Shown here piece after piece: positions 18,271-27,120 of a stretch of DNA of 32,000 nucleotides. The notes below the pieces were generated by a model, which saw nothing but the letters and a program-made list of their open reading frames with translations, made no database searches and was not told where the DNA came from. How positions within the stretch are numbered: the first letter of the stretch is position 1; each line of letters opens with the position of its first letter. A program made the position numbers and the translations under genes. This DNA is from Methylococcus geothermalis. Lineage in GTDB: Bacteria; Pseudomonadota; Gammaproteobacteria; Methylococcales; Methylococcaceae. The stretch lies in assembly GCF_012769535.1 (NCBI RefSeq), contig NZ_CP046565.1, positions 714,434 through 746,433 of the forward strand, written 5' to 3'.

Positions 18271-19660
18271 CGTCCCCGGTGCGGGCGATGCGGAAACGTT
18301 CGAGCAGGTTCAGCAGGGCGGCGGCCTTGTCGAAACACTCCTGGTATTCCGACGCACCGGAGGAGTCCGCCACGATGCCGCCGCCGGCCCAGAACCGGAT
18401 CGTGCTGTCCGACTGCACCAGGGTGCGGATGGCGATGTTGGTGTCCATGTTGCCGTCGAAGCCGAGATAGCCGATGGCACCGCAATACACCCCGCGGCGG
18501 TTCGGTTCGAGTTCCTCGATGATTTCCATCGAGCGTATCTTGGGGGCGCCGGTGATGGAACCGCCGGGAAAGCTGTCGCGCAGCAGGCTGATGGCGTCGT
18601 GGCTGGGTGCCAGCATGCCGGTGACGGTGCTGACCAGATGGTGCACGGTGGCATAGCTCTCGACGTCGAACAGCTTGGGGACCCGCACTGAGCCGGGAAG
18701 ACAGTGTTTGCCGATGTCATTGCGGAGCAGGTCCACGATCATCAGGTTCTCTGCCCGGTCTTTTTCGCTGCTCTGCAGGGCTTCGGCCAGGCGGCGATCC
18801 TCCATCGAATCGGCGGAGCGCGGCCGGGTGCCCTTGATGGGTTTGGTTTCCACCCTGCCGTCGAGTACGCGCAGGAAGCGCTCTGGAGACGAGCTGAGCA
18901 CGCGAGCCTGGGGTCCATTGATGTAGGCGCTGAAGGGTGCCGGATTGGTCTGGCGCAGGGTCTGGTACAGCGTCCAGGCGTTGCCGCGGCAGGGTGCGGC
19001 GAAGCGTTGCGCCAGATTGACCTGATAGCAGTCGCCTTCGTGGATGTAATGCTGGATGCGTTCGAAGGCGGCCAGATATTCCCGCCGGCTGAGGTTGGCT
19101 CGCACCGGCGCCAGCACGTCGAAGCCGGTGCGCTGCCAGCCCAGCGTCTGTATCTGGCTGAACGAGCGTACCAGGTGGGGCCAGCGGGCCGCGGTGGCAG
19201 GCGAGCGGCCCTGGCTGACCAGCCAGGTGCGGCCCTGCAGATGGTCCACGATCACCGCCCAGTCGTAGATGCCCACGGCCATGTCCGCGATGTTTTCGGC
19301 GTCGGCGGCCTGCTCCGGCAGTTTTTCCAGGCGTCGGCCCAGGTCGTAGCCGAAATAGCCTAAGGCGCCGCCGGCGAATGGCAGCTCTCCGAAAGGATTG
19401 GTGGTGGCACCCAATTCCCGACGCAGGAGAGAGAAAGGATCCTCCGGCGAAAGGGCGGCCTCGCCCTGCCGGCGGATCTCGCTGATATGGCCGCGGGTAA
19501 CCAGGGTGGTCATGGGATCGGCGGCGATGATGTCGTAGCGGCCGTGCCGGCAGTGCGGAAAGCCGCTGTCGAGGAACACCGCCCAGCGCCGGTCCGCCCA
19601 GGGCCCGAACAGGGCGGCGCTGTCCTGGAAATACGGTAGTTCAGCGATCCGGGGAGTCAT
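18257..19660 (-). CDS. pabB: Aminodeoxychorismate synthase component I
   Basis: ATG 19660 gives 467 aa. Chorismate-utilising signatures SSSPERFL, KPIKGTRPR, SFPGGSITGAPK, RGVYCGAIGY. ATGA overlap with the upstream gene (19657-19660). Confidence 0.85.
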   Translation of the reverse strand: MTPRIAELPYFQDSAALFGPWADRRWAVFLDSGFPHCRHGRYDIIAADPMTTLVTRGHISEIRRQGEAALSPEDPFSLLRRELGATTNPFGELPFAGGALGYFGYDLGRRLEKLPEQAADAENIADMAVGIYDWAVIVDHLQGRTWLVSQGRSPATAARWPHLVRSFSQIQTLGWQRTGFDVLAPVRANLSRREYLAAFERIQHYIHEGDCYQVNLAQRFAAPCRGNAWTLYQTLRQTNPAPFSAYINGPQARVLSSSPERFLRVLDGRVETKPIKGTRPRSADSMEDRRLAEALQSSEKDRAENLMIVDLLRNDIGKHCLPGSVRVPKLFDVESYATVHHLVSTVTGMLAPSHDAISLLRDSFPGGSITGAPKIRSMEIIEELEPNRRGVYCGAIGYLGFDGNMDTNIAIRTLVQSDSTIRFWAGGGIVADSSGASEYQECFDKAAALLNLLERFRIARTGDDVGR

Positions 19661-20718
19661 GCGTGCGTCAGGAGCGGGAAGGACAGGCAGGCGACCGCCG
19701 CGGCCGGCAGACAGTCGGAAACCGACAGCGTCGTCGCGGTGGCCGGACGAGGAAGCAAGTCGCGTGCATCGAGATAGGGCCGGTTCGAGCGTGCGGCAAT
19801 GACGCGGGCCAGGAAGCATCCTGCGCCGGCCCCGACCAGCGGGCTATCGGCCGGGAGCAGGTTTCGGGAGAACTGCCGCTCGACCGCGCGGCCGATGCGT
19901 GAAAGCTGGCGCTCCCTCAGGCAGAGGGCCAGTTGCCGCCATTGGTCGGGGCCGGCATCGTGCCGGTCTCGCCCCAGCAGTCGGGCCAGCCGCCGCTCGC
20001 TGCCTGCGATGCTTTTCTCGCCGCCGTCCGCCGCGGGCAACTGGTCGGTGTGCTCCACGAGTTCGCCCGTGAGACGATAGATGTCGGCGGTGGTCGCGAA
20101 ATGTTCCGCCATCAGGTTGACCCATTCTCCTTCGAAGGGAAGCTTGTCGGCCAGCGTCATGGCAGAGGTCCGCACCACGCCGGTGTATATGAGTTCATCG
20201 TATCGCAATCTGTCATAATCGGTATAGCCTCGGCTGCGGACCTCACCGTTGACCAGAACGATCAGATCGGTGGTCGTGCTGCCGATGTCGACCAGCAGAG
20301 CCGGCCGCGGCAGGCGGCGGGCGACGAGCGACGCGCTCGCCAGCCAGTTGGCCGAAGCGACATCGAGCGCGTGCGCGGGTTCCATCCCGTCGGCGCGGAG
20401 GAAACCGGCGCGCCCTGCGAAAACCAGGATTCGACCTGCGCCGAAACGCCGCAGCATGGCCGAAATCAGAGCCTTGACGCCCGCCGCCCGGTCTTCGAAA
20501 TAGTCGGCCAGTTCGCCGGTCATCGTGACGGCATGGCGGCAAGAGGGGGCGATGCCGAAATCGCTCACGGCTTCGGACAGGGCGCTCTCCAGCCTGTCCA
20601 GCCCCAGCCAGAGTGGGCAGGGGTACTGGCGGATGTCGAGGATGGCGCCGGTTTCGGAGAGGGCGACCGCTTTGAGGTGGGCGCCGCCGATATCCCAGCC
20701 GATCACCTCAACGTGCAT
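19657..20718 (-). CDS. Hydantoinase/oxoprolinase-like (ASKHA fold) H4MPT-linked C1 pathway protein (orf20 type)
   Basis: 353 aa. MHVEVIGWDIGGAHLK and LLVDIGSTTTD phosphate-binding motifs of the sugar-kinase/actin fold. Embedded in the island. Confidence 0.75.
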   Translation of the reverse strand: MHVEVIGWDIGGAHLKAVALSETGAILDIRQYPCPLWLGLDRLESALSEAVSDFGIAPSCRHAVTMTGELADYFEDRAAGVKALISAMLRRFGAGRILVFAGRAGFLRADGMEPAHALDVASANWLASASLVARRLPRPALLVDIGSTTTDLIVLVNGEVRSRGYTDYDRLRYDELIYTGVVRTSAMTLADKLPFEGEWVNLMAEHFATTADIYRLTGELVEHTDQLPAADGGEKSIAGSERRLARLLGRDRHDAGPDQWRQLALCLRERQLSRIGRAVERQFSRNLLPADSPLVGAGAGCFLARVIAARSNRPYLDARDLLPRPATATTLSVSDCLPAAAVACLSFPLLTHA

Positions 20719-21700
20719 CGGAGTGCTCCAGCTGCACGGTGACCGGCGTCCCCCGGTGAGTCCGGGGTGGCGGCAGCCGGGCGGTTCGATGGAGTCCGAG
20801 CACCATGGCGGCCGGATTTTCGCCGGTGGCTGCCTTCAGGCCGGCGTAGGATGTGGTCAGCCGCGGGTTGACCTCGAGGATGACCGGGCCATCGGCCGTC
20901 ATGATCAGGTCCAATCCTGCGTAGCCCCAAAGGTCTGGCAGAGCGGCGGCGACGCCGCAGGCGAGCGTTTGCCAGCAACCGTCGGGATCGTCCAGGGCAT
21001 TGACGGCGCAGCCGCGGAGGGCGAAGCCGTCTCCGGTGTTTTCCACGTGCTGGCGGTTGCAGCTCAGCAACCGGGCACGGCCTTGGGCGAACAGGGCGCT
21101 GAGACTCACGGCATCGCCTTGCAGCAAGGGCTGTACAACCCAGCGCCCCGAGCCCGGGGCGAAATCGCATCCGCGGCGGACGATCCGGGCGCCCTCGCAG
21201 CCGGCGCCGTCATCGGGTTTCACGACGACACAGTCCTCGGCATCGGGCTGAGGTGCGCCCAAAGGCCGGGTCGGTACCACCGGCAGGTGGTGGCGGTCGA
21301 GGGCGCGGGCCGTGGCGAGCTTGCTTGCGGCGATCGCGACGGCGTCTGCGGGACTATTGAGCAGCGGGGTCGCCGCCTGCTCTACGTCCCGGCACAGCCG
21401 TTCGAGCACTCCGCCGGTTTCAGGGGCGATGGGCCAGATGGCGTCGCACCGCCTGATGGCGTCCTGCCAGATACGGTCGAGGTCGTCCCCGGCGGCGATG
21501 GGAAGGGCCGTGACGCCGCGGGGGAGGGATGCGAAATCCCGGCGGTCGTCACGGAGGATGATCGGTCTGACGCCCGCCACTTCGAGCAGGTCCTCGAGCA
21601 GGGCGCGCAGCATGAGATCGCCTTCCATCGCAAGGCTGGGCGGCAGAGGCTCGTGGCGCAGTCCACCGCCGTTGACAAATTCGAAAACCAGTATGTCCAT
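20708..21700 (-). CDS. ATP-grasp ligase (orf21 type)
   Basis: ATG 21700 (MDILVFEFVNGGG), 330 aa. C-terminal ATP-grasp strings GYAGLDLIMTADGPVILEVNPRLTTSY. 11-nt overlap with the downstream gene. The TTG 21742 extension is unlikely. Confidence 0.7.
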   Translation of the reverse strand: MDILVFEFVNGGGLRHEPLPPSLAMEGDLMLRALLEDLLEVAGVRPIILRDDRRDFASLPRGVTALPIAAGDDLDRIWQDAIRRCDAIWPIAPETGGVLERLCRDVEQAATPLLNSPADAVAIAASKLATARALDRHHLPVVPTRPLGAPQPDAEDCVVVKPDDGAGCEGARIVRRGCDFAPGSGRWVVQPLLQGDAVSLSALFAQGRARLLSCNRQHVENTGDGFALRGCAVNALDDPDGCWQTLACGVAAALPDLWGYAGLDLIMTADGPVILEVNPRLTTSYAGLKAATGENPAAMVLGLHRTARLPPPRTHRGTPVTVQLEHSDAR

Positions 21701-21727
21701 GCGCCTGATTTCAGGGAGGGGCGGCCA

Positions 21728-21745
21728 ATGCCATTGAATCAATGA
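21728..21745 (+). other. 5-codon leader mini-ORF (MPLNQ) translationally coupled to the HisA/HisF-like gene
   Basis: Strong SD GGGAGGGG (21714-21721) lies 6 nt before ATG 21728. The mini-ORF stop TGA (21743-21745) overlaps ATG 21742 of the downstream gene, which has no SD of its own. Confidence 0.3.
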
Positions 21746-22425
21746 AAATCATCCCGGTACTCGATCTTATGCAGGGGATCGCCGTTCATGCCATCGGAGG
21801 GCGACGCGACAGTTACCGGCCGCTCGACAGCCCCCTGTGCCGGGATGCCGACCCCGTTGCGGTGGTTGAAGCGTATCTGGCTCTCCATCCGTTCGATACC
21901 TTTTACCTTGCCGATTTGGATGCCTTGATGGGCCGTGGCCGTCAGGATCGGCTCATCGGGGCGCTGCAGACGGCGTTTCCTGGCATCGTGTTCTGGCTGG
22001 ACCAGGGGTTGCCAGCGGTTGGCGATGTTCCTCATGATGCCATCGTCCCGGTCGTCGGCAGCGAATCGCTCGACACGATGGAGCGGCTGCAGCGAATGGC
22101 AGCTCACGACTGGATACTGTCGCTGGACTTTTTCGATGGCGGGCTGCGCGGGTGTTCCGAAATTCTGGAGCGGCCGGAAGCCTGGCCGGCCAGGGTGATC
22201 GTCATGAGCCTGAACCGGGTGGGCAGTTTCGACGGTCCCGACCTGGACCAGCTTGACCGCGTCAGCCGACTGGCCCCGGACAGGGCGTTGATCGCGGCGG
22301 GGGGGGTGCGACACGGAGGCGATCTGGAGGCCCTCGAGCGCCGGGGTGTTCATGCCGTTCTGGTGGCGAGCGCCTTGCATTCCGGAGCGATCGAAGGGAG
22401 CCGGCTCAGCCCCGCTGCATCCTGA
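21742..22425 (+). CDS. HisA/HisF-family TIM-barrel protein of the H4MPT island (orf17 type)
   Basis: 227 aa. MKIIPVLDLMQGIAVHA and AAGGVRHGGDLEAL resemble the phosphate-binding ends of HisA/HisF barrels. Divergent from orf21 with only a 41-nt spacer. Confidence 0.75.
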   Translation: MKIIPVLDLMQGIAVHAIGGRRDSYRPLDSPLCRDADPVAVVEAYLALHPFDTFYLADLDALMGRGRQDRLIGALQTAFPGIVFWLDQGLPAVGDVPHDAIVPVVGSESLDTMERLQRMAAHDWILSLDFFDGGLRGCSEILERPEAWPARVIVMSLNRVGSFDGPDLDQLDRVSRLAPDRALIAAGGVRHGGDLEALERRGVHAVLVASALHSGAIEGSRLSPAAS

Positions 22426-22457
22426 AAAAAGGAAAAGCGCCGAAACAGCGCTTTTCC
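22425..22457 (-). terminator. Rho-independent terminator of fae (hairpin shared with convergent orf17)
   Basis: Perfect 10-bp stem GGAAAAGCGC / GCGCTTTTCC (22431-22440 and 22448-22457) with a 7-nt loop. On the minus strand it is followed by TTTTTT (22430-22425). A second 7-bp hairpin, GACTGCC..GGCAGTC, lies at 22472-22493. Confidence 0.65.
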
Positions 22458-22507
22458 CCTGACCGCTGCGAGACTGCCAAGAATCCGGCAGTCCAGGCAG
22501 ATCGCAA

Positions 22508-23020
22508 TTAGTTGTGAGCTGCGAACGGATGCGCTTCGCTGCCCTTGCGAGCGACGACGTCCGCAGCCTTCGGCTCGCCGGCGACGGCGCGCTTGATGGA
22601 CAGCTTGGTTGCCTCGTAGTTGTAGTCCTGGATCTTCGCGTCGTCTTCGGCCAGCCAGTGAATGAAGACGCCCACGCAGATGAACAGATCGTCGGCTTCG
22701 TCTGCCGGGATGGTGCCGTCTTCCACGCAATCGGCAACGGCCATGGCGACGCCGCGCTGTGCAGGTCCGAACATCTGGGTGGCTTGCTTGCCGTTCTTGA
22801 TGGTGACCTTGTTGAACATGACGGTATTCGGCTTGCACAGCAGGTTGGGTGCAACCACTGCCAGCAATGAGGTGAAGCCGTCTTTGTTGTTGGTCAGGGT
22901 GTTGGCGAATGCGGCTTCCGCAGCGCTGCCGCGGGGACCCATGATCAGGTCGATGTGAGCGATTTCGTTACCATCGCCGTACAGTGCTTCGCCGACCAAC
23001 AACTTGTTTACTTTACCCAT
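22508..23020 (-). CDS. fae: Formaldehyde-activating enzyme
   Basis: ATG 23020 gives 170 aa. [32 protein letters not shown] and [16 protein letters not shown] closely parallel Methylobacterium Fae. AGAGGA SD. Confidence 0.95.
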   Translation of the reverse strand: MGKVNKLLVGEALYGDGNEIAHIDLIMGPRGSAAEAAFANTLTNNKDGFTSLLAVVAPNLLCKPNTVMFNKVTIKNGKQATQMFGPAQRGVAMAVADCVEDGTIPADEADDLFICVGVFIHWLAEDDAKIQDYNYEATKLSIKRAVAGEPKAADVVARKGSEAHPFAAHN

Positions 23021-23086
23021 CTGAATTTCCTCTTGTGAAAAAAACGAAAAAAACTTTTTTAATAAGGACATGGTTATTTCCCCGGG

Positions 23087-23115
23087 AGAATTATCAGAGA
23101 CCGATGATGTTTCAA
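23087..23115 (-). promoter_or_regulatory. Candidate sigma70 promoter of fae
   Basis: Minus strand: TTGAAA (23115-23110), 17-nt spacer ending in TG, then TAATTC (23092-23087). AT-rich context, about 65-nt leader. Pattern match only. Confidence 0.3.
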
Positions 23116-23147
23116 TATATCCGTCTCGGTCCCACGCGTCCGAAGGT

Positions 23148-24011
23148 TTAACCCCGGTATGCCCTGGCAATAATCGTCTCCAGGCGCACGGCAAGCAGAC
23201 CGGCGACCGTCAAATCGGCAGTCGTGCCAGGGTTTATCCCGCGCGTCTTGAAATCGGCATCCACGTCCCGTAGAAGCCCCAAAACCGATTCAGGTCGCGC
23301 GGTATAGGACAGCGTTTTCTCGATGAGCACCATCTTCTCCGATACCCACGGGGAGTAGCGGGGCCCGAATTTGCGTTCGATGTGGCTGTCCGGTATGCGC
23401 GCAAGCATGCCGGAAAACGCAGCCACCGCCGCCCAGCCTTCATTGTCCCATCGGGACAGCGCAGTATGATAACGTGGAATCATGAAATCAAAAACATCCG
23501 TATAGTCGCAGGTGTATTGATAGGCGATGCGGTCCCGGTCGGCGGCTTCCCGCATCGCATCGCGCAGCGTGATGCACGGCGGGCTGCGGACGTCATGTTC
23601 GGCGGCCGTGCCCAGACCGCCGGGTTGCGCCAGGCAGATGGCCCGGTAGGCCCATTCGGCGTCTTCGACGGTGCTGGCGTAAAGCGTCCGCCGCAGACTA
23701 TCCCGCAATGTTTCATCCGGCCGTCGGGACTGGGCTGCTGCGATCAGCGGTGCGCTCAGCAGTACGATGCCCAGGTTGGTATTGCACCCGACGGCATGCC
23801 AGGTGGCTTCGACCGCGCGATAAATGCGTTCGCCCCCCCCCAGTTCCGCCCGGCACAGCTCCGGCGCACTGGCTTCGGCGCTTTTGCGGAACTGCGCCAC
23901 CGTCATGCCGTGGCCTTCGGAGTGTACGCTGACATTACCGGGTTTGAAGGCCAGCAGCTCGGTCTCGCAGGCCCAGCGGTAGGCGGCTTCGAGCGCCGCG
24001 GCGGGAATCAT
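23148..24011 (-). CDS. CitG-like triphosphoribosyl-dephospho-CoA synthase family protein (orf7 type)
   Basis: ATG 24011 gives 287 aa. [28 protein letters not shown] are typical of the CitG/MdcB family. ATGA overlap with the upstream gene (24008-24011). Confidence 0.8.
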   Translation of the reverse strand: MIPAAALEAAYRWACETELLAFKPGNVSVHSEGHGMTVAQFRKSAEASAPELCRAELGGGERIYRAVEATWHAVGCNTNLGIVLLSAPLIAAAQSRRPDETLRDSLRRTLYASTVEDAEWAYRAICLAQPGGLGTAAEHDVRSPPCITLRDAMREAADRDRIAYQYTCDYTDVFDFMIPRYHTALSRWDNEGWAAVAAFSGMLARIPDSHIERKFGPRYSPWVSEKMVLIEKTLSYTARPESVLGLLRDVDADFKTRGINPGTTADLTVAGLLAVRLETIIARAYRG

Positions 24012-24934
24012 GTCGCAGCGCGTCGAGCGGATTCGGTGCCTGCGCAGTGCCCGAGAAAATCGTCGACGAGCAGGTCGGCGATGATCACGTCGCTCACGCT
24101 TTGCAGGCCCTTCCATGCCGGCACGCTGTTGACTTCCAATACCGTGTAGCGCCCGTGCTGGTCGCGGATGACGTCGACGCCGGCATAGGCCATGTCCAGC
24201 GTCTTGGCGGCATCCTCGGCCAGGCGGCACAGCAGGATGTCGTCGAGCCGGGCAGGCTCGCAGCGAGCGCCTTGCGCCACGTTGTTCAGCCAAGTCACCC
24301 CGCAGCGGCGCATCGCCGCCACGGTGCGCCCGCGTATGACGAAAACACGCCAGTCATGCGGGGCGTTTTCGTCGCTGCACACGTAACGCTGGAGATAGTA
24401 GATGCCGTTGGTCGGGGCCAGGTTTGCCATGTCCTCCAGGCTGTCATGGCGCTGCAAGCCGGTGCCCTGGGAGCCGAACAGCGGTTTGGAGACGACGCGG
24501 TGCCCGGCGGCCAGTTCGCGGCGGGTGATCTCCCGTGCAGTTTCGGCATCGCCCAGCACCCAGGTCGGCGGCGTGGGAATCCCGGCCCGCTGCAACAGGA
24601 AGCTGGTCATGCCTTTGTCCACGGTGCGTTCGATGGCGCGGGCATCGTTGTAGACCGGGATGCCGAGCATCTTGAGTCCGTGCAGGATGTCGAGGTAGAA
24701 GGTCACCTGCTCCAGCGAGCCGCCGGGAATGCCGCGCACGAACACCCCGTCCGGCAAGCGTTCGGAAAAGCCCGGCAGGCGGACTGGCATCGCCGGGTCT
24801 TCCAGCTCCAGGTGGCATGCGGTGAGCGACACATAGGCGCAGTCGAAACCGCGCGCGGCGAACGCCTGTTTCAGCCGTGCCCCGTGCCAGCCAGGATCGT
24901 CCGTGACGATGGCGATGCGTCCCGACTCACCCAC
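24008..24934 (-). CDS. RimK-type ATP-grasp ligase (orf5 type; candidate H4MPT:glutamate ligase)
   Basis: Proposed GTG start at 24934 (GGAG 10 nt upstream; 8-nt overlap GTGGGTGA with the mch stop). [51 protein letters not shown] are typical of RimK. ATG 24976 is possible but lacks an SD. Confidence 0.8.
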   Translation of the reverse strand: MGESGRIAIVTDDPGWHGARLKQAFAARGFDCAYVSLTACHLELEDPAMPVRLPGFSERLPDGVFVRGIPGGSLEQVTFYLDILHGLKMLGIPVYNDARAIERTVDKGMTSFLLQRAGIPTPPTWVLGDAETAREITRRELAAGHRVVSKPLFGSQGTGLQRHDSLEDMANLAPTNGIYYLQRYVCSDENAPHDWRVFVIRGRTVAAMRRCGVTWLNNVAQGARCEPARLDDILLCRLAEDAAKTLDMAYAGVDVIRDQHGRYTVLEVNSVPAWKGLQSVSDVIIADLLVDDFLGHCAGTESARRAAT

Positions 24935-25922
24935 CGAACGAACGCTCCAGAAGCTCCACGTCCACTTCGCCGGCATGGAAGCTGCGGCCCGAGTCGACCG
25001 TGGTGACGATGACGCTGGCCGGGCTGAACAGCATGGCATCGACCTTGAAGAAATCGTACTTGTATTCCTTGAATACTTCCGCGAAAGGCTTGCCGTAATC
25101 GCGCGAGACCGAGCTCGGCAGCTCGTTGGCCAGGGTTTCGGCGGCTTCGTCGCTACCCTTGACGAAAAGATGGACGCGTCCGCCGAACAGGATGGCGTCG
25201 TTGGTCCGGCCCATGGCTTTGATGAAATTCGGGTGCGGCGGCGGGACCGGGGCGCAGCCGGTGCCGTCGATGATGTTTTCGAGCGGGAAGTGCAGGGCGT
25301 GCGCCTTGTGCAAAGCGACCTCCAGTACCCGCGCCACCACCTGCATGCCGCCGGCCAGGCTGCTGGTGGGGGTGAGGATGACGGTGAGATGGGAGGGGTC
25401 CAGCTTGCAGGCGCGGGCGATCTTGTCGGTCACTTCGACCGGAGGAATCTTGTCGACCTCCATGACGATCGCCGTTTCCGTGTGTTTGTCGCGATAATTC
25501 AGTTCCTTGTACAGCTCTTCGACGGGCTCCTCCTTGCCGTCCTTGGTCTTGGTGGCCATGGCGCGGGCCGGTCCTGACCCGAGGGCGTAGAAGCCTTCCT
25601 TGCCTTCGCCGTGCGACAGGCTCCAGCCGGCGTACTGGCTGCCGAGGCAGGCGATCACGGGATTGGATGTGTGGACGTTGACCATCAACGGCCATTTGGT
25701 GAAGGTGTCGGTGTGGGTGAGCGTGACGCGCCCGAGCCCGCCCATACAGATTTCGCCGATGAGGCGGCCGGCTTCCAGGCTGCCGGGCACCTTGATGCCG
25801 GCGTCGATGATGGTGCAGCCATTGGGCAGCCGGTCGATCTGGAGGCGCAGCTTGTCGGCATAGGTGATCAGGTATTTGACGATGGGCTGGCTGTGAGCGT
25901 TGACGCTGACGCGATTCTGCAT
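24927..25922 (-). CDS. mch: Methenyl-H4MPT cyclohydrolase
   Basis: ATG 25922 with AAGAGGA SD, 331 aa. [35 protein letters not shown] are typical of Mch. The frame is continuous with the upstream gene (see findings). Confidence 0.9.
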   Translation of the reverse strand: MQNRVSVNAHSQPIVKYLITYADKLRLQIDRLPNGCTIIDAGIKVPGSLEAGRLIGEICMGGLGRVTLTHTDTFTKWPLMVNVHTSNPVIACLGSQYAGWSLSHGEGKEGFYALGSGPARAMATKTKDGKEEPVEELYKELNYRDKHTETAIVMEVDKIPPVEVTDKIARACKLDPSHLTVILTPTSSLAGGMQVVARVLEVALHKAHALHFPLENIIDGTGCAPVPPPHPNFIKAMGRTNDAILFGGRVHLFVKGSDEAAETLANELPSSVSRDYGKPFAEVFKEYKYDFFKVDAMLFSPASVIVTTVDSGRSFHAGEVDVELLERSFGG

Positions 25923-27113
25923 GATGGTCCTCTTGAAAATAGGAATTACGGATGTTTCGCCGATCGGGTGCCGGGGGGGGCGGCAGGTGGCCACGAGATC
26001 GTGCCCGGCGGTCATCGTTCGCATGAGGGAAGTTTGCCGTGCGACGAGGCTTCGAAGCACGCCGCTGACGTCCGCTCCTTCGGCTGTGATCGTGCACAGC
26101 GGTGCGCCTTTCTCGATGCGGCATCCGGGGCCGGGGCGGTCCCGGCACCACGATGGCCATTCTAGTGTCACAGGAGGCTTTACGTCATCGGGGGCGTAGA
26201 GGATTCGGAAGGCGCGGACCGGGCTTGCGGGCACTTCGAATTCGGGCAGCCGGCCGCGGCAGGCGTCGATATGAAGCTGGGCGAGACCGGACGGGAAATC
26301 GTCGTCGTAAAGCGCCATGGTGGCGCTTGGGCGCGGATTGAGTTCGAGCACCCGGATCCCGCCGTCCTCGTCGGTCATGAAGTCCAGGCTGTTCAGGCCA
26401 CGCAGCCGCAAGGCGGGGACGAGCCCGGTCACGATGCCATGCACCGCTCCCCGTTGCGCGGCGCTCAGCGAGGTTCGGTTGATCGCTCCGGCGAACCGGA
26501 ACGGCCGGTGCGGATCGGTCGCCGAGGTCCACAGGCTATTGAAGCCGATGATTCGCGATTTTGCGCCATCGGCCAGGAACAGGGCCGACATGGGGCGGGC
26601 GTGCAGGCGACGCTGAAAATATTGGTCCGGTGTCGACATTCCCGCGGCATCGGCGAGGCGCACGCCGCCGCCGCCCTCGCTGCGGCCGTGCTTGACCAGC
26701 CAGCCGCGGATGTCGCGGGGCGGGTCGAAGTGCGTCTCCGGGAAAGGTATACCCAAGCCGGACAGCAGTGCGAAAAACCGCTGCGGCGTTTTTGCGAGCC
26801 GAACGATTTCCGGGGCATTCCCCAGGAGGAGACGCCGCTCGGCAAGGTATTCGATCACATCGGGCAGCGAATCCAAGCCGCCGCCGTAAAGCGCGATATC
26901 GGTAGGGTAGGCCCGGTCAATGGCCGATCGCAGGGCGGCGGCGTCGAAGCCGCCGTTTCCCCGCGGCACGACCTGGCACTCGGTGCAGTACTCCCGTGTG
27001 TCCATATCCCCGAATCCGTCGAGCGCGAACGGCAACCAACCTCCCCGCCTCAGCGAACGGCTGAGACTCGAGGCGGATGCCGCGACCACCAGGGCGGAGC
27101 CGATTTCCCGCAT
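25923..27113 (-). CDS. ATP-grasp carboligase-like protein (orfY type); no in-frame stop before mch
   Basis: ATG 27113 lies 8 nt after the mptG stop. [27 protein letters not shown] is an ATP-grasp core. The lower coordinate is nominal because the frame runs straight into mch. Confidence 0.75.
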
Positions 27114-27120
27114 CGGTAGG

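Noticed and set aside
22289-22296. 8-G run inside orf17, and a 9-C run at 23833..23841 inside orf7, as possible phase-variation tracts
   Set aside because: Both are in frame (Gly-Gly-Gly codons) within intact genes. A rough estimate from base composition predicts a few runs of 8 or more G/C in 32 kb of this GC content by chance. Only the run at 25973-25980 has a visible consequence.
23021-23071. Upstream in-frame ATG (23071) that would add [17 protein letters not shown] to Fae
   Set aside because: Fae homologues start at the MGKV/MAKI position. The SD AGAGGA sits directly before ATG 23020, and the extension is encoded by the A/T-tract leader.
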